Assembly: GCA_950097015.1 (NCBI GenBank)
Contig: CATNEN010000014.1
Span: forward strand, 1,488,001-1,552,000
DNA length: 64,000 nucleotides
Reading direction: 5' to 3'
From: Macrostomum hystrix
Taxonomy: Eukaryota; Animalia; Platyhelminthes
In this document: piece after piece, positions 48,836 through 61,700 of the stretch
Numbering within the stretch: the first letter of the stretch is position 1
Layout of the letters: each line of letters opens with the position of its first letter
The notes under the pieces: model-generated
The model's input: the letters and a program-made list of their open reading frames with translations, nothing else
Databases searched by the model: none
Told to the model about the DNA's origin: nothing
Made by a program: the position numbers and the translations under genes

Positions 48836-49275
48836 TCTCTTGTGATCCGGAGATCAGGGGGTGATGTGTTGTCCTTTTTTTGTGCGTTGTACTTTCATTC
48901 TATAGAAACTAGTATTCGACCGTTGCAGCTATATATCCCATGGACAATTCGTTCTACCTGTTTGATTGCGAGGACCGCGTTAAGAGCGTTTGCGGCTCTA
49001 GCGTTTGTAGTAACCTGGGCTTTGCTATCTACCCAAATACACTAGACCACAGCATTGATAGATATTAAAGCTCAGCATTGATAGATATTAAAGCTCAGCA
49101 TTGATAGATATTAAAGCTCAGCATTGATACATATTAAAGCTCAGCATTGATACATATTAAAGCTCAGCATTGTTAGATATTAAAGCTCAGCATTGATAGA
49201 TATTAAAGCTCAGCATTGATAGATATTAAAGCTCAGCATTGATACATATTAAAGCTCAGCATTGATACATATTCA

Positions 49276-50410
49276 GATACAATCAGCTCATGCTGTACTG
49301 CACAGCAATGATAGAAAGCATAGCTCTGTACGCCTCTGAGGCCTGGGGGGCTTTTGTCTCGTGGAACCTGGGTCCTTGGGACCGCTGTCTTTTTGAAAGA
49401 GTAAACATCAGGTGCTGTAAAGCCATACTACAAGTCAGCCAAAATACGGATGGCAACGGGGCCCGCTCGGAGTTAGGCAGATTGCCTTTATTATACAACA
49501 TCCAGAAAAGAAGCATTTCGTACTGGGCCTCCATAACAAGCCGGCCGGACTCCATAATTTCCAAGTTATTGGCGGACCAAACATACAGTGATGTTGGAAT
49601 CAAAGCAAAGACCAACAATGACGTTATGCTGAACTGCAGAGGCATTAGTCCTGCAAAAGCAATTGGAAACCACAGGAAAAATTTCGTTTCTCAGTTCGAT
49701 ACCCATTGGAGACAAAGGACACAGAACTCAAGCAAGCTAAGTCACTTCTATTACTCCTTCAAGCAATATTATTCAGCCGAAAAATATTTACAACAAATAT
49801 ACAACCCGGAGTGGAGACGTACCATAGCCTCGTTTAGACTAGGAAACCATAAGCTAGCTTGCGAAACATTGCGAACTGCGAGACCGAAAATTCCGTATGT
49901 AAATTATAGATTATGTAGTAAGTGCAAAACAGAAGTTGAAAACGAGGTCCACTTCCTTTTTAAGTGCACTTGGAATAAATATAGCGCAGCACGTTCGAAA
50001 TTTGAGACGGAAGTTTCTGGGAAAACCCCCAATTTCATATCCTTAACAGCAGAAGAAAAATCTAACTACATAATGGCTCAAGACGATAGGGAAACCGCTG
50101 AAGCTTTAGCAAAATACATCATAGAAATATCTAAAATAAGGGAACAGCTGCCCTGAGACTACGAGATCTTACTAGCATTCAACAATAGATATTTCATATT
50201 TTGTTTTATCCCTGCCGTCCCTTGTGTTTTTACTGCTCTTATTTTTAATACCTTTGCTTTCCCTTGCCAGCTCGATATTTGACTCCTACTAAACTTCGCT
50301 TTTTATGTTGCTTTTCGTTGTTCATTTAAATGTGTTGTTAAAAAAAATATAATAATAAAAAATCAGCACCCATAGATGGCGTGCGCGTTTTAATAATAAT
50401 AATAATAATA
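49276..50410 (+). mobile_element. 5'-truncated non-LTR retrotransposon (CR1/L2/Daphne-like ORF2 C-terminus) with (AAT)n tail
   Basis: ORF 49290-50156: LYASEAWG, ARSELGRLPL, FRLGNHKLACE, RLCSKC..EVENEVHFLFKC (C-terminal zinc knuckle); (taa)n at 50391-50410; inserted inside a gcattgatacatatt|aaagctca unit. Confidence 0.85.
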
Positions 50411-51916
50411 TTAAAGCTCAGCATTGATAGATATCTAGGCTCTGAATTGAGAAATATCTAGGCTCAACATTTCTATTGCTATCTAGCCTCAGCAATGTTA
50501 ATTATCTAGGCCCAGAATTGATAGATTACTACGCTCAGAATCGATAAATATCTAGGCTCAACATTTTTATAGACATCTAGGCTCAGTATTGATATTTATC
50601 TAGGCTCAGAATTTTAATGATGCCAATTTTAATGATTGCATCAGAGCCAGTTTTGTTAGGCGAGCGTACTGATAAGAAACTTCTCACCCAAATGTGCATA
50701 GCTGTGTCAACCCCACTTTAAATTTAACTTTAAATGACATTATGTGCCCGCTAATTTTTTTGCTCAGAAATTTAAGAATCAGAAACCGAACAAAAAGTTA
50801 AGATTGGTGTATTTTAGCATTAAGAAACATTTGTAGAACTAAAAAATGTGAAAACGAAAAACAAGCAACGTTCTTCAGTCATTCAGCATATACTCCACGT
50901 TAGTCACTTGTAAAGGCGGACAGAAGACTCACAGGTAGATCGAAAGCTTTCTAACAATTTTCTCCAGAACGTCAGTTCGGTTCGCAGTGTGGCTTGTTGG
51001 CCTCGGATTCAGACTTCTTGCACTCGGCAGTCTGTGCAACAATATCCACCATGCGCTCACCCGCCTCAGCAGCATATGCCGACTTCTTGACAATAGCATG
51101 CTCAACAACGGAATCTGGCGTCTTAACTCTTGTCGTTCGGCACAGTAAGTTCTCTGAAATCATTCGGCTCAGACTTTGCGACGTGCTGAGTAGTTTGTGC
51201 AGCCGTAGATTTCACTTCAGCATCAGTCTCCGTATCCCGCACTTCCTTCAATTGCTCCTCCGTGAGTGTAGAGTCCTCACAATCAAATCCCATCAAATCG
51301 CTTGGCTGCGCTGCAGTAAGTCCGGTATGTGAGCCGACTGTCGCTTGGAGCAAACGCAGAGGAGAAAACAAGTCGACCTCTTCTTTTGTTAGGCCACAGA
51401 CGTGTTCTTCTTCTATCTTGTCCCAGCGTATCATGTTTGTGTGTCGACGCGAATTAAAATCTTAAAACATAGAAGAGCCCAACTGGTCTGTCTGGGAAGC
51501 TAGCCCACTCAACTACTTTAACTAGGAGGAATTCGTCTATGGTCAAAAGCCTCACTAGCACTCTAGCCACGGCAGAGATTTAGCACATCCAACAAAAAAA
51601 TCCGTCCATTTTTCCTCCTATTTTTCTTAATTACCCTACACCTAATGTATGCCTAATGCTGCGACTCGATATGCTTTTCCAGTGTCCTCGTTGCCATATT
51701 TTAGTGGAGTCTTAGCATTTTTCCTTGCCTAGTTTTTTATAAATAGCAAAAAACTGGAAACAATACCATTAGTACCCATGCTTTGCGGGCATGCCCTAAA
51801 AGCATGGGTACTAATATAATATAAATCAACAACACAAAAGTACATGTTGAAACATTAGTTGTTATTCATAGTTCAATAATTAAGGAGTAATACGTCATCA
51901 ACTAAGCCATCCAATG

Positions 51917-53297
51917 CTAAAAGTAGAGGCTGAGTCGCACTCCATCCTTTTCAAGAACCGCGGTAGGCTTGTCTGCATTAACCGATGGCGTAGCTACAGT
52001 CGACGGCACAACGATTGTGGCTCGCTTTGATGAGGAGGCACCATCCGACAGAGAATCCGCATTCAGAGCGACGCTAAGCGATTCGGAAATTTGTTGCTTC
52101 TCAGAAATTCTGCTGACATAGCAAACAACAGCCATGTCACTCCGATGCCCTGTGAAATGGTCGCGGCATAAAAAATCTATTTATTAATCTGCCAATTAAA
52201 CACACCAAAATACTACGCACGTACGCTCGCACCTGTCACAGATTTGATCTCCTGCGAACTGTGTCCGGCTTCCGTCAGGTTAGTAACAACTGTTGCGCGA
52301 ATGCAATGGTTGGTGTACTCGAACTGTAGACCAGCGCGCTTTGAGATGCCCTTCATCATATCGAATAGTGTGTTCTTTCCCAGAACCTGCTTATGAGAAT
52401 ACCATACTGCCGAATCAGGCCTGACCTTGATTGGCTTCGGAAACAAAACATCCATTCCTTGTGGTAGCTTAAACACGTACAGGTCCACCGCTTCTACTGG
52501 ACAATTCTGGCCTTGGATACTGAACATTCTTATCTGCTTGCTTGTCCTGCACTTGCCACGTCTTCGGCAGTGATTGTCTTCTCCCAACCAGTTTGGATCA
52601 TGCCAATGCACCTCACATTATTGACCACAGAGAATTGCAGTGAAGACAACTTCATATCCCTAATCCATTCACGACCTCGAAATCCGAAATGGTAGACAAT
52701 ATTAAAAAACACTTCATCCTGAAGCCGCACTGAATCCCGTCGAGTAAAATATTGTTTCAGAAAGGCCATGTCGGAATCCGTGATCGCGCTGAATCCAGGC
52801 TGCTCGCGCGAAGTTCGCTCTCGTAGCTGGCAACTAAGGCGCAGAACACACGAATAGGTTTCGTTGCTCAGTCGGAATACTTCGTTGCCAATGACATCAA
52901 TGGCGTGTGTCTCCTTTACAAATCGGTGAATGCTTGCCCGAAAGCCACGAATCGTATCCGGTGCATAGGTCTTCATTCCAAGCGCAGGATTCGCTCGCAG
53001 ACTAACATACCATAGGTGAAGGTAGCAGTCTAAGTAGCGCAACTACATGCTCTTGATGTCGTCAGGCAGGCTTTTCTCTCGAGGAAATTTCTTGAACCGA
53101 TCAACGTGATTCTTAGTAGTCGCTACGGTGGATGGTGACTTGGACGATTGTTCAAGCCGTTTGATGCCCTCTAGCTCTTGCACATCCAAGTCACGGTACG
53201 AAACTTCCGGATCCCGTATATCCGTCAGAAATGTCTCCACCTCATTAAGGTCCAGGATGGCAGTCCCGACCACTGATCGATCGTCGCCTCGGCGCAC
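51917..53297 (-). pseudogene. Crypton-type tyrosine recombinase (DUF3504-like), one intron, one stop and one frameshift
   Basis: LQDEVFFNIVYHFGFRGREWIR (catalytic R), RMFS..NCPV, YTNHCIRAT (HxxR). Removing a GT-AG intron (52232-52150) yields VTGHRSDMAVVCY (GH..Y). In-frame stop at 53043-53045; frameshift near 52540-52570. Confidence 0.82.
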
Positions 53298-54707
53298 TTG
53301 GACAATTTGAACAAGAAATCCAATTCAGCACTATCCAAGCCAAGCCAGTGACAATTCTTTGCAAGTTAATCATTTTCAGGTTAACGCTCCTGAATTATAT
53401 TCTCTCCCTCCGAATTCTGTCAGCTTCTTAAAAAATAAAGTAAAATCTCAGTTTTCCTTAGACTAAAGCGCCGGGCAGGAATGATTAAGACGCGGGCAGG
53501 AATGCATTCCGTGCCCGCTACTTTCGTCCATGGATCATGCTTGTGGCGCCCTTGAAATTATGAGACAACACATCTCTGTCTAAGGATTTTCGGGTCTGCT
53601 TCGCAGACCTCGAATTCCATTCATTTCGACCCTCTAATCGTTAGACAGAACTATTAGTTCTGCGCATACAAACGAAACTTCAGAGCGAGTGCAACAAAAG
53701 AAGTTTGTACGACTGCCTGCCGAGGCTAAGAGCATAAATTCTGCAGCGTTTGTGCCATAGACAGTGCAACTCCACCGGCGAACGCGTAGTACCAGTAGCG
53801 AACACTATTATTTTCCTTTTTAAAGTGCTTTTCAAAATCAAGTGCGGACGATTGCTTAGTATATACTCTATTGAATCACAAAACGTCTTATATTTGAGAA
53901 ACTGAAGCGCGTTGCTGGAATAAAAACACCAAACTGACCACGGTTGCTAAAATTATAGAAAAACAATTATATCTAGTAAGTTATGTGGCATAGTATATCC
54001 TTATGTAGCATAGTATGTCCTTATTCCTCAGCCCTCGTTCAGTCACTCCCTCAGCTGCTGACATGGGCCTTCATAGCCTTGTGTCAAACACGGTAGCACA
54101 ATCGAGTACACTTTTTAGTCTTCAAATCGAACGGTGGCTGAGCAGCGACTCAAAATCCAGATAAATTTGAGGCGAGGGTCTCTCTTCTCAGACAGACGTT
54201 GTGTTACGCTTTTATAGAAAAGGGACCCAATTATTTCGAGTTTGGTGTCAAATGGTCTTTCCAACGACGCCAAGCACTTGAGTAGATGACCATTTCTAAC
54301 AGGTACTTTTCATATGTGACATATAAAATGTACAAAACAGGGGGTAGAAGTTTTAAAGTCGAATTATTTTTTTGCGCAACGATTTTTGAGATTTTTTTAT
54401 TCGATGCTCAAATAGCTGAACTATCACGTACGTGAAAGTGCTAGGACAAATACAACTTTACTTAACTCTAAAGAAAAAAACGGTATAGTTTGTTGTAAAA
54501 TTGCACAACTTCTGGCTCTAGATTTCGTTAGATCAGTCGTATAGACGTGAAAGTGATGTTTAAATGTGCGTTTAAGTGTCTAATTTCCAAAAACGTGCCA
54601 CTAAGGCTGTTAGATATATACGTGTGTCGCCAATGCAAAATAAGTCGTGTCTTGATGCTAAATTGGTGCTAAAGAGGAAGTTTCTATTGAGAATCGCATA
54701 CTAATAT

Positions 54708-54800
54708 GCGGACCGGGTGTCGCAGTTAATGCTAACAACTTCTGAAACTCAGCTGTGTCTGCCTGTGTTGAGAGTGGCCCAGGTTCGAGTCATACTCGTA
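54708..54800 (+). other. Possible tRNA-derived SINE head (Pol III A/B-box-like)
   Basis: tgtcgcagttaa (A-box-like) at about 54718 and ggttcgagtc (B-box-like) at about 54782; no cloverleaf could be folded. Confidence 0.2.
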
Positions 54801-55792
54801 CTTCTTATTTAGATATGTACTTTTAACAAAATTTATTATAAATTAATTTATTTATTTTGAAAAGATATTACGCTCGTATTCCGCTTGCAGTATCTAAAAC
54901 AACTTTGTAATAGTGTATACTATACTATATCATAATATACTATATAATTTGCTCAAATAATGCCTTACTGAGGTACATATTTTTCTTAACGTGACGTTGT
55001 CACTTCCTGCAGTAGGCGCTATGAAATTTAAATTTATGTAATGCTGTTCCATTTTTTGCAATTCCGTTTACTTCTTAGATTGCTACTGGAAGTAGACGTC
55101 AACGTACATTGAGTCCCTTGCGCCACCCGTGATGATTACTTTCTTCTCAGCCAATCGCTCATGCCAATCGTCCACGCTCATCTGCAAAGTTCAACTGGCT
55201 GTGTATTTTCTAGCCAATCCCGCACTGCAGTATACATTTTGTTAAAATTTGCGCCGGCCTATTTATTGCCGATCCCCGCCCGAGCGAGCTCTTCCACTGC
55301 CGCTTTGCCCTGCGCTGCTCTGCCTGCCAAGACTCGCCACCTGTTCTCCTGAGTTAGTCACAATAGCTACTACGAGTATTTGTTAGTCCACCACTGCCAC
55401 TATCTGTAAATCCATCATTGCAACGATCTGTTCGTCTACTATTGCCACTGCCATTCATTGACCAGTCACGCCCCCCATCTGCGTTGCAACCCGACCTTGT
55501 TCGCCGTGTACAAATACAATATCGTCACCAGCAGAGCAAATGAAATCTACAAATACAAACTTAGAGATACCGCTACAGCACTTTACTTAGTGCTGTAGAA
55601 AAGTTATATCTCTGTTATAACGATATAAATGGTAAGTCAATTTGCCATTGCCAATCCAGCACAGCCGGAACTCATCGTCACATAAATTTTGGAGGTCCCA
55701 CCGAGGCTCTCTCTGCACTGTCGGCTTCCAACTGCGTGACCAGCGGCCATCATCGTGCCATGGGTGTGAGCACCGCTGTTGCCGCATCATCG

Positions 55793-55937
55793 TGTGGGCT
55801 CGACTGCATGACTCTGGAGGAGTCCAGCCCGTGGGTTTCGGGTATGCTACATCGAGGTGGGCTCGACTGCGTGACTATGGAGGAGTTCAGCCCGTGGGTT
55901 TCGGGTATGCTACGTCGAGGTGGGCTCGACTGCGTGA
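55793..55937 (+). repeat. Approximately 63-bp tandem duplication in an LTR-like region
   Basis: gtgggctcgactgc(a/g)tga at about 55794, 55857 and 55920. Confidence 0.8.
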
Positions 55938-56328
55938 TTCTTTAAGAGTCCGGCCCCGGTCCGAAGATCCGTGGCGAGCGAGTGTACCGCGCCGAGCAAG
56001 CAGTCCGGTCACCGTCAGCTGTCGACAAGGCGTTGAGCTATTCCGCAGTGCCAGGTTGTCCCGCTGTGTAAAATTATTTGCAGGGACTATCTGCTGACTG
56101 TTAGCTTAGGGATTTGCGTGATAGGATTCTCCCCTGTAGGAGGATTTGTGTGGTTTGACCCAGTCAGGCAAGTATTAAACTCACCTTCCCTCGCCATCTC
56201 GCCCTACACACCCGCAATCCTCGGCATCACTTCGATTTAGCTTGATTCTGCTTTCACTCCATTCTGTTCCAACTGCCTGACACAGGCCTCTCCCTGTGGT
56301 TGCTCTTGCTGTCTGCCGTTGCGACACC

Positions 56329-56940
56329 ATGTCAGACAACGGGGAAAACCAGGTCATGGCGCCACCGGGCGGTGGAAACGCCGCAGTGTCGGCATCCACC
56401 GAATCCAAATTCCCAGAGCATGCTGGCGAAGCTGCCGCCGCTGCCCCTTGTTTTAACAAGCAGGTCATGCTCGCCCAGACCTTGGCAACCTTCATAGGAT
56501 GCTGGAGGAGCGCCTTGCCAGTCCTCCCAATCCTCTCATTCCTCGCCGTCGCCGTCGCTGTCGGGTATGACTAAGCTCCGCCCTCCACCGGCTTATCAGT
56601 CGAAAATGAAGTTCGACTCCTGGGAGGCCCAACTGATGTCATACCTGATCATTCACCGGCGACCAGATGCCTAGATGCCGAGACTGCTCTCGATGTGCTC
56701 AAGGATAGGTACACTAACGGACAAAGAAGGACAAAGAATATGTGGAACAGGAAGCCGCAGCCCAGACCAGCAACAAGTCTATGTCAGTCTTTGACAGACT
56801 AGTGTCCTACACCAGATTGGCGTGTCTCTCGCTCACTGAAGCAAAGTCCCTGATCAGAGCTCGGTTCTGCCATGGTCTGAGAAACAACGATCTCGCTGAA
56901 AAACTCATCATCTGGGACCAAGAGACCGATAGTGAGTGAG
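56329..56940 (+). pseudogene. Degenerate retrotransposon gag remnant
   Basis: Fragments MTKLRPPPAYQSKMKFDSWEAQLMSYL, ALDVLKDRY and ARFCHGLRNNDLAEKL resemble the Gypsy gag N-terminal and capsid pattern; broken by stops and frameshifts. Confidence 0.45.
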
Positions 56941-56964
56941 GAACTCATGTGGATGGCAAAAACT

Positions 56965-57262
56965 CTTCTTTTTTACTTCTTTCTTTTTATTCTCCTCAAC
57001 TCTTTGATTTTCTTCTCCTTTACTTCCACTTTCTTTCTCTTCTACTATTTTTCTGTTTTCCTTCTTTTAATTATTCTTCTCAATTCTCTCCCTCTGCTTT
57101 TCTTCTCTTCTTCTCTCTCGCTGTTTTATTCTCTGTCTCTTCTACTCAGCTTTTTCTCCTTCTCTTTTGCTTTTTGTTTTTTCTTCTTTTCTACTCTCTC
57201 TGTTATTTCTGTCTTCTTCATTATCTATCACTTCTCTCTCTCTGCTTTTCTTCTCTTTTGAG
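56965..57262. repeat. Polypyrimidine (TC/TTC) low-complexity tract
   Basis: Almost exclusively T and C on the plus strand. Confidence 0.9.
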
Positions 57263-58792
57263 GCAAAACGATATCGATGACAAGGGAGAATAAGTCATGA
57301 ATGAGAGAAGGTAAAAATGTAGATCAGAAAAAGTAAGTGGGGAATGAGAAAAAGAAATAATAACCAACAAAGTTTCCTTACTTTCCAAAATATGGTAAAT
57401 TGTATTCCAGTCTATTTTAGCAGACTTCTCTCTAAGGTGTTGATTGCCCCAAAGCTGAAGTATTTTGTCAATATTGCTATGATTTTATCTCAATTTTTAT
57501 CAGATCTTAAATCACTTCACAGTCCGCTGCTTTGATGTACAAGTACATTTACAGTCCTATTATTTAAATAATCGAGTTGCACTTTTCCAAAAGCTCAAAG
57601 CGGCTTTGGGATAATCTGGCAGCAGGAAGACCCTTGCCTTTTTACAAGATGAATTCTTCCAGTCATTGATGCGTCAGAATCTGCTTCTGTACCGAATCAG
57701 TTCAAGTTGCTGGTAAACTATGTTTACTATATAAGATATCTGATTATATAAGATAACATATTTGCATTTACATATCTAGGAAAATCCACTCATAGACAAA
57801 TCAACAGATCCACTGTTATAAAAGAAATCTGCTCCCTATTAGCTAGCAAAAATCAATTTCAAAATTTACAGTCATATATTTAAATAATCGAATTGCACCT
57901 TTCCAAAACCCCAAATATTTGAACTAAAAATCTAAATTTCAATTTTTTTTTCCCAAGCTCAAACACAAAACATCAGCTGATTATAAATTTAAAATCAATT
58001 GATATATTTAGATTAAAATACTCGTATATTTATGTGCTTAAAAAACACTGCATTTTGGATGTTGTTGTTTCATTGCTGTCCTATTTGTACTTTTGTACCT
58101 ATTATCAATAAACAATTAAGTTCATATTGGCTCATCAATCATTTTACAATTAAATGAAGCTAGTATCATGGGCTCCTAGATTCAAAATTTAGTCTTCTCG
58201 GGTAAGTGCAAATCTTTAAGTAATGTTCGAATGTTACATGTGTACATTGATGTATAGTCCTTGTTTGAATATATTATCATATATGACCAACTATATCAAA
58301 GCTGTCCAAGCTGTAGGCCAAATCCTCTAAAATGTTTTTGCTAGAAAATGTTACTTTAATATCTAGATTTACTTTTTTAATTTTCATAGAGTGTTGCAGT
58401 AGCGTTATAGCCTTCCAAGATTATACAGAATCTTTGTTTTTAGAAAATGTATGTAATTATTTATCAGCACGCAGTGATACTAAATCAAATTTTTACCTAT
58501 AACACATGCTTCTGCAAATAAGTTTTTAGAAATGACAAATAATAGTTGTTAATTTGTTGTAAATTCATTTTCACGGCATTTCTTTCTCTTCGAGTTTCTC
58601 TTTTAAACTAGTAATACTCAACAAGCCATCAGCTGTTCGCTTATTTAAATGTCAATTATATTTTTTGTAATGAGCTCATTGACTCTTTTATTATAATCTG
58701 AGTAATTATTTTTAATACATTCAAATTACCGCCTGTGTAATACTGTAGAACAATGAATGTTAAGCCTAAATACAGTTCATTTGTTGCAGCCC

Positions 58793-61700
58793 ATGCTCTC
58801 CCAAAGCATTCTGTTACTCTGGCTGGCATGCGCCAGCTTTGTACTGTCCCAGGATGCTGACACCGAGAACGTGCGCTTCAGTTATTCACAGACTGGCAAG
58901 ATCCTCCTCTCCAGGGATGATGTGTGGGAGGTTGGCGGACCCAACATGTTCGCCATTCTGATGCCGGCGGAAAGCTTCACAATCAACATTTCTCTTGTTG
59001 GCAAAAGAAACCAGCAGATAGGCTACTCAGCTGTTCTCAAGTACAAGTGCCCGGATACCAGCGCCGGGCTCGATCTGGACTTGTCAGCCGTGACTGGTCG
59101 CGAGCTGCAGTGTGAAAACACCCCGATCCCATTCTCCTTGCAGCCAGTTGAAGGCAAGCCGAACGCATTCAAATTCATTCTTGAGCCTTCTTCATTGCCG
59201 TCGGTTGATGTCTTTAGGAAGAAGCTAGAGCTCTCCGTGCAGGTCCGCGTGTCTGGGCAGCCGGATTTGAAGCTCCAGTCCAATAGCGTCTTCGTGTGGA
59301 GCCTGGAGCCCCTGGGAGACTGGAACAGTAGACCGGTGTCTGGCTCAAATGCCATGCTGAGATTCCTCACTCCAGAAGCATATGAATTCTTGATGAATTT
59401 GAGGATAGCATCAGATTTTGGCAGCGTGAAATTCATTGATCAAAGCATTGTTAGTGCGCTTAAGTCGGCACCAGCCTTTCTCAGGTCAAAAGTCAACCTT
59501 GGTGCATTGCTAAGTTTTGACGCAGGGCCCTGTGCGAGCCCGATGCGCGATATGACAACTACCGCTATGTTTGTCAATTATTACTCAAAGCTGGAAGAAA
59601 AAGGACTGCAGCTGCTGAAGCATATGTACTTGAATCTAGCCACTGGCGAGCTGCACTATGCAGCCTACGGCATCAGCAGCATCGTTGCTAGGATCTTTGA
59701 TAAGATGTCTTCCTCTGCAATCAAAATCTGCGCCACACTCTCGTTCTCCGGTCAGTTAGGGTCCTATGACCGCTATTTTGCCATCAAACAGAGGATATCC
59801 AAAGATGAAGTGATGTACACCAGGCAGGGCAAAAATGCCGGTTGCAAGCTGCCGGCCAACCTGAGCAATGATCCTATTTTTATCTTCTCTGGCATGGACA
59901 CCACGCCTCTTGTCTGCCCGATCATCTGCACCGACCCCCTGACGACCTACAAATTTACGCACATCAGCAAAGACAATAATCGACGGACGCTAGTGCCATC
60001 GATGTCAATCAATTGGGCAAATGTTGAAGGCATTCTAGTCTCAAAGACTGGCAATGTCATTGAGTTCACGGAGACCGTGGACAACAGTCACTCTGGCCAG
60101 TACACTTGCGAGGCCGGTGGTGTTAGCTTCACATTCAATGTAGATATTGTCAGCATGCCACATTTCAGCTATAAGCCATTTGAAGGCTCCAGTGTAGTAT
60201 CCGGCAACCTGCCGCCCAGGATCTACGCAATGGAAGGCGAGTCCATGTCTTACAACTGCACCACATTTTTTAGCAACTTGGACGACTTGGTTGCCAGTGC
60301 CGTGTTCTCAACATCGGTTGTTCGTGAAGCCTCTGCGTGGAAGGAGCTGCAGTTGAACGAATTCAACTCGCTGTTTAGTCCGAGCCAGCCTGTCATTGTT
60401 GACACGGTGACCTCAGTGCCGGGCAGGCGAACCATCAACATAACGATTGACAGTGTCCCGCCGCGCGAATCGTCCATGGGCAGGGATTTCTCGCATCGGA
60501 TCGTGTGCCGCGCCACCGTGAGCACCGGCGATGCGGAGAAGATCGGCATGCCGAAATACTCGGTAGAGTCTGGCAGCAATGTCTTCTTCTTGCAGCGTCC
60601 AGGGCCTGAGAGCTTTGATTTGAGTATGGCCAGGAACTGCTCCATGCAGCACTGCTCCACCATCACCGGCGCCGAGTTCGCGGTAGCTTTCAAACCGGAA
60701 TTGACTGCCTATCTGAAGCAAATCGACGTCGAAGTGGTCGCCATGTTCAAGATTGACAATGTCTACCTCACTGACCTAGCCATCATCAACCAGCCAGGCG
60801 TGTCCGAAATCTTATTCGATAGCAACACAAATCGACTGTCATTTAAGGTGCGCGGTTGGAAATAAAATTTAATGGACCCGTTATTTCCCGCCTTCACTTA
60901 CTCACTACTTTACCGACTCTTCACCGCCCGACAGGTCCTGCCAACCTCGGACGAGAAAGTTCTTGCCGAGCTGCAGAAGCGCAAGACCCTCACGCCTGTC
61001 TTCAACCTCCGCTACCGGCCCGGCTCCGTCAGCCTCGCCGACCTGGCGAACCTTTGGATGCACAAAGACAGGTACGGTTCTAAGAACGTAGCTGCCGGTG
61101 ACAAAGACTGCAGGGCCGATCCTCGCTGCTTCTACTCAACTGACTTTGATGTGACCACCAATCTGCAGTCAATCGTCATGAGCATCGATTTCCAGGTGCG
61201 CCTTTGCCTGTTTCTTGGAATGATGCACCGGGATGTTCGGCACAGCTGGTCCCTGCTGATATCCCCACTTTCAGTTCTATATTCACCTGATATCCCACTT
61301 CCAGTTCTATAGTTACCTGATATCCCACTTCCAGTTCTATATTCACCTGATATCCCACTTCCAGTTCTATATTCACCTGACCACTTCCAGTTCTATATTC
61401 ACCTGATATCCCACTTCCAGTTCTATATTCACCTGACCACTTCCAGTTCTATATTCACCTGATATCCCAATTCCAGTTCTATATTCACCTGATATCCCAC
61501 TTCCAGTTCTATATTCACCTGATATACCACTTCCAGTTCTATAGTTACCTGATATCCCACTTCCAGTTCTATATTCACCTGATATCCCACTTCCAGTTCT
61601 ATATTCACCTGACCACTTCCAGTTCTATATTCACCTGATATCCCACTTCCAGTTCTATATTCACCTGACCACTTCCAGTTCTATATTCACCTGATATCCC

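Larger units (their letters stand above)
46273..49051 (+). mobile_element. Ty3/Gypsy LTR retrotransposon, internally deleted; LTRs 46273-46458 and 48865-49051; 5-bp TSD GCATT
   Basis: Two approximately 187-bp direct repeats TGTG...CACA; gcatt at 46268-46272 and 49052-49056; purine-rich ggagatcaggggg before the 3' LTR; gag, protease, RT and integrase fragments in Gypsy order. Confidence 0.93.
45288..50716 (+). mobile_element. Second Helitron subfamily unit containing a different 23-bp array, interrupted by Gypsy and LINE insertions
   Basis: A|TCctactatactaaat start, same 5' end as unit 6; body matches the inverted segment at 3113-3735; 50615-50716 repeats the segment at 45530-45600. Confidence 0.6.

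Noticed and set aside
53581-53610. GCGAAGC-type hairpin (ggtctgcgaagcagacc on the minus strand) as a Helitron 3' end
   Set aside because: It is followed by TTAG rather than CTRR and no matching 5' end was identified; unresolved.
56932-57293. Hydrophobic F/L/S-rich ORFs resembling membrane proteins
   Set aside because: These are translations of a TC-rich low-complexity tract.
58757-58792. Upstream ATG of the 702-aa ORF as the true start
   Set aside because: A polypyrimidine-cag acceptor lies at about 58789 and the signal peptide begins at ATG 58793.
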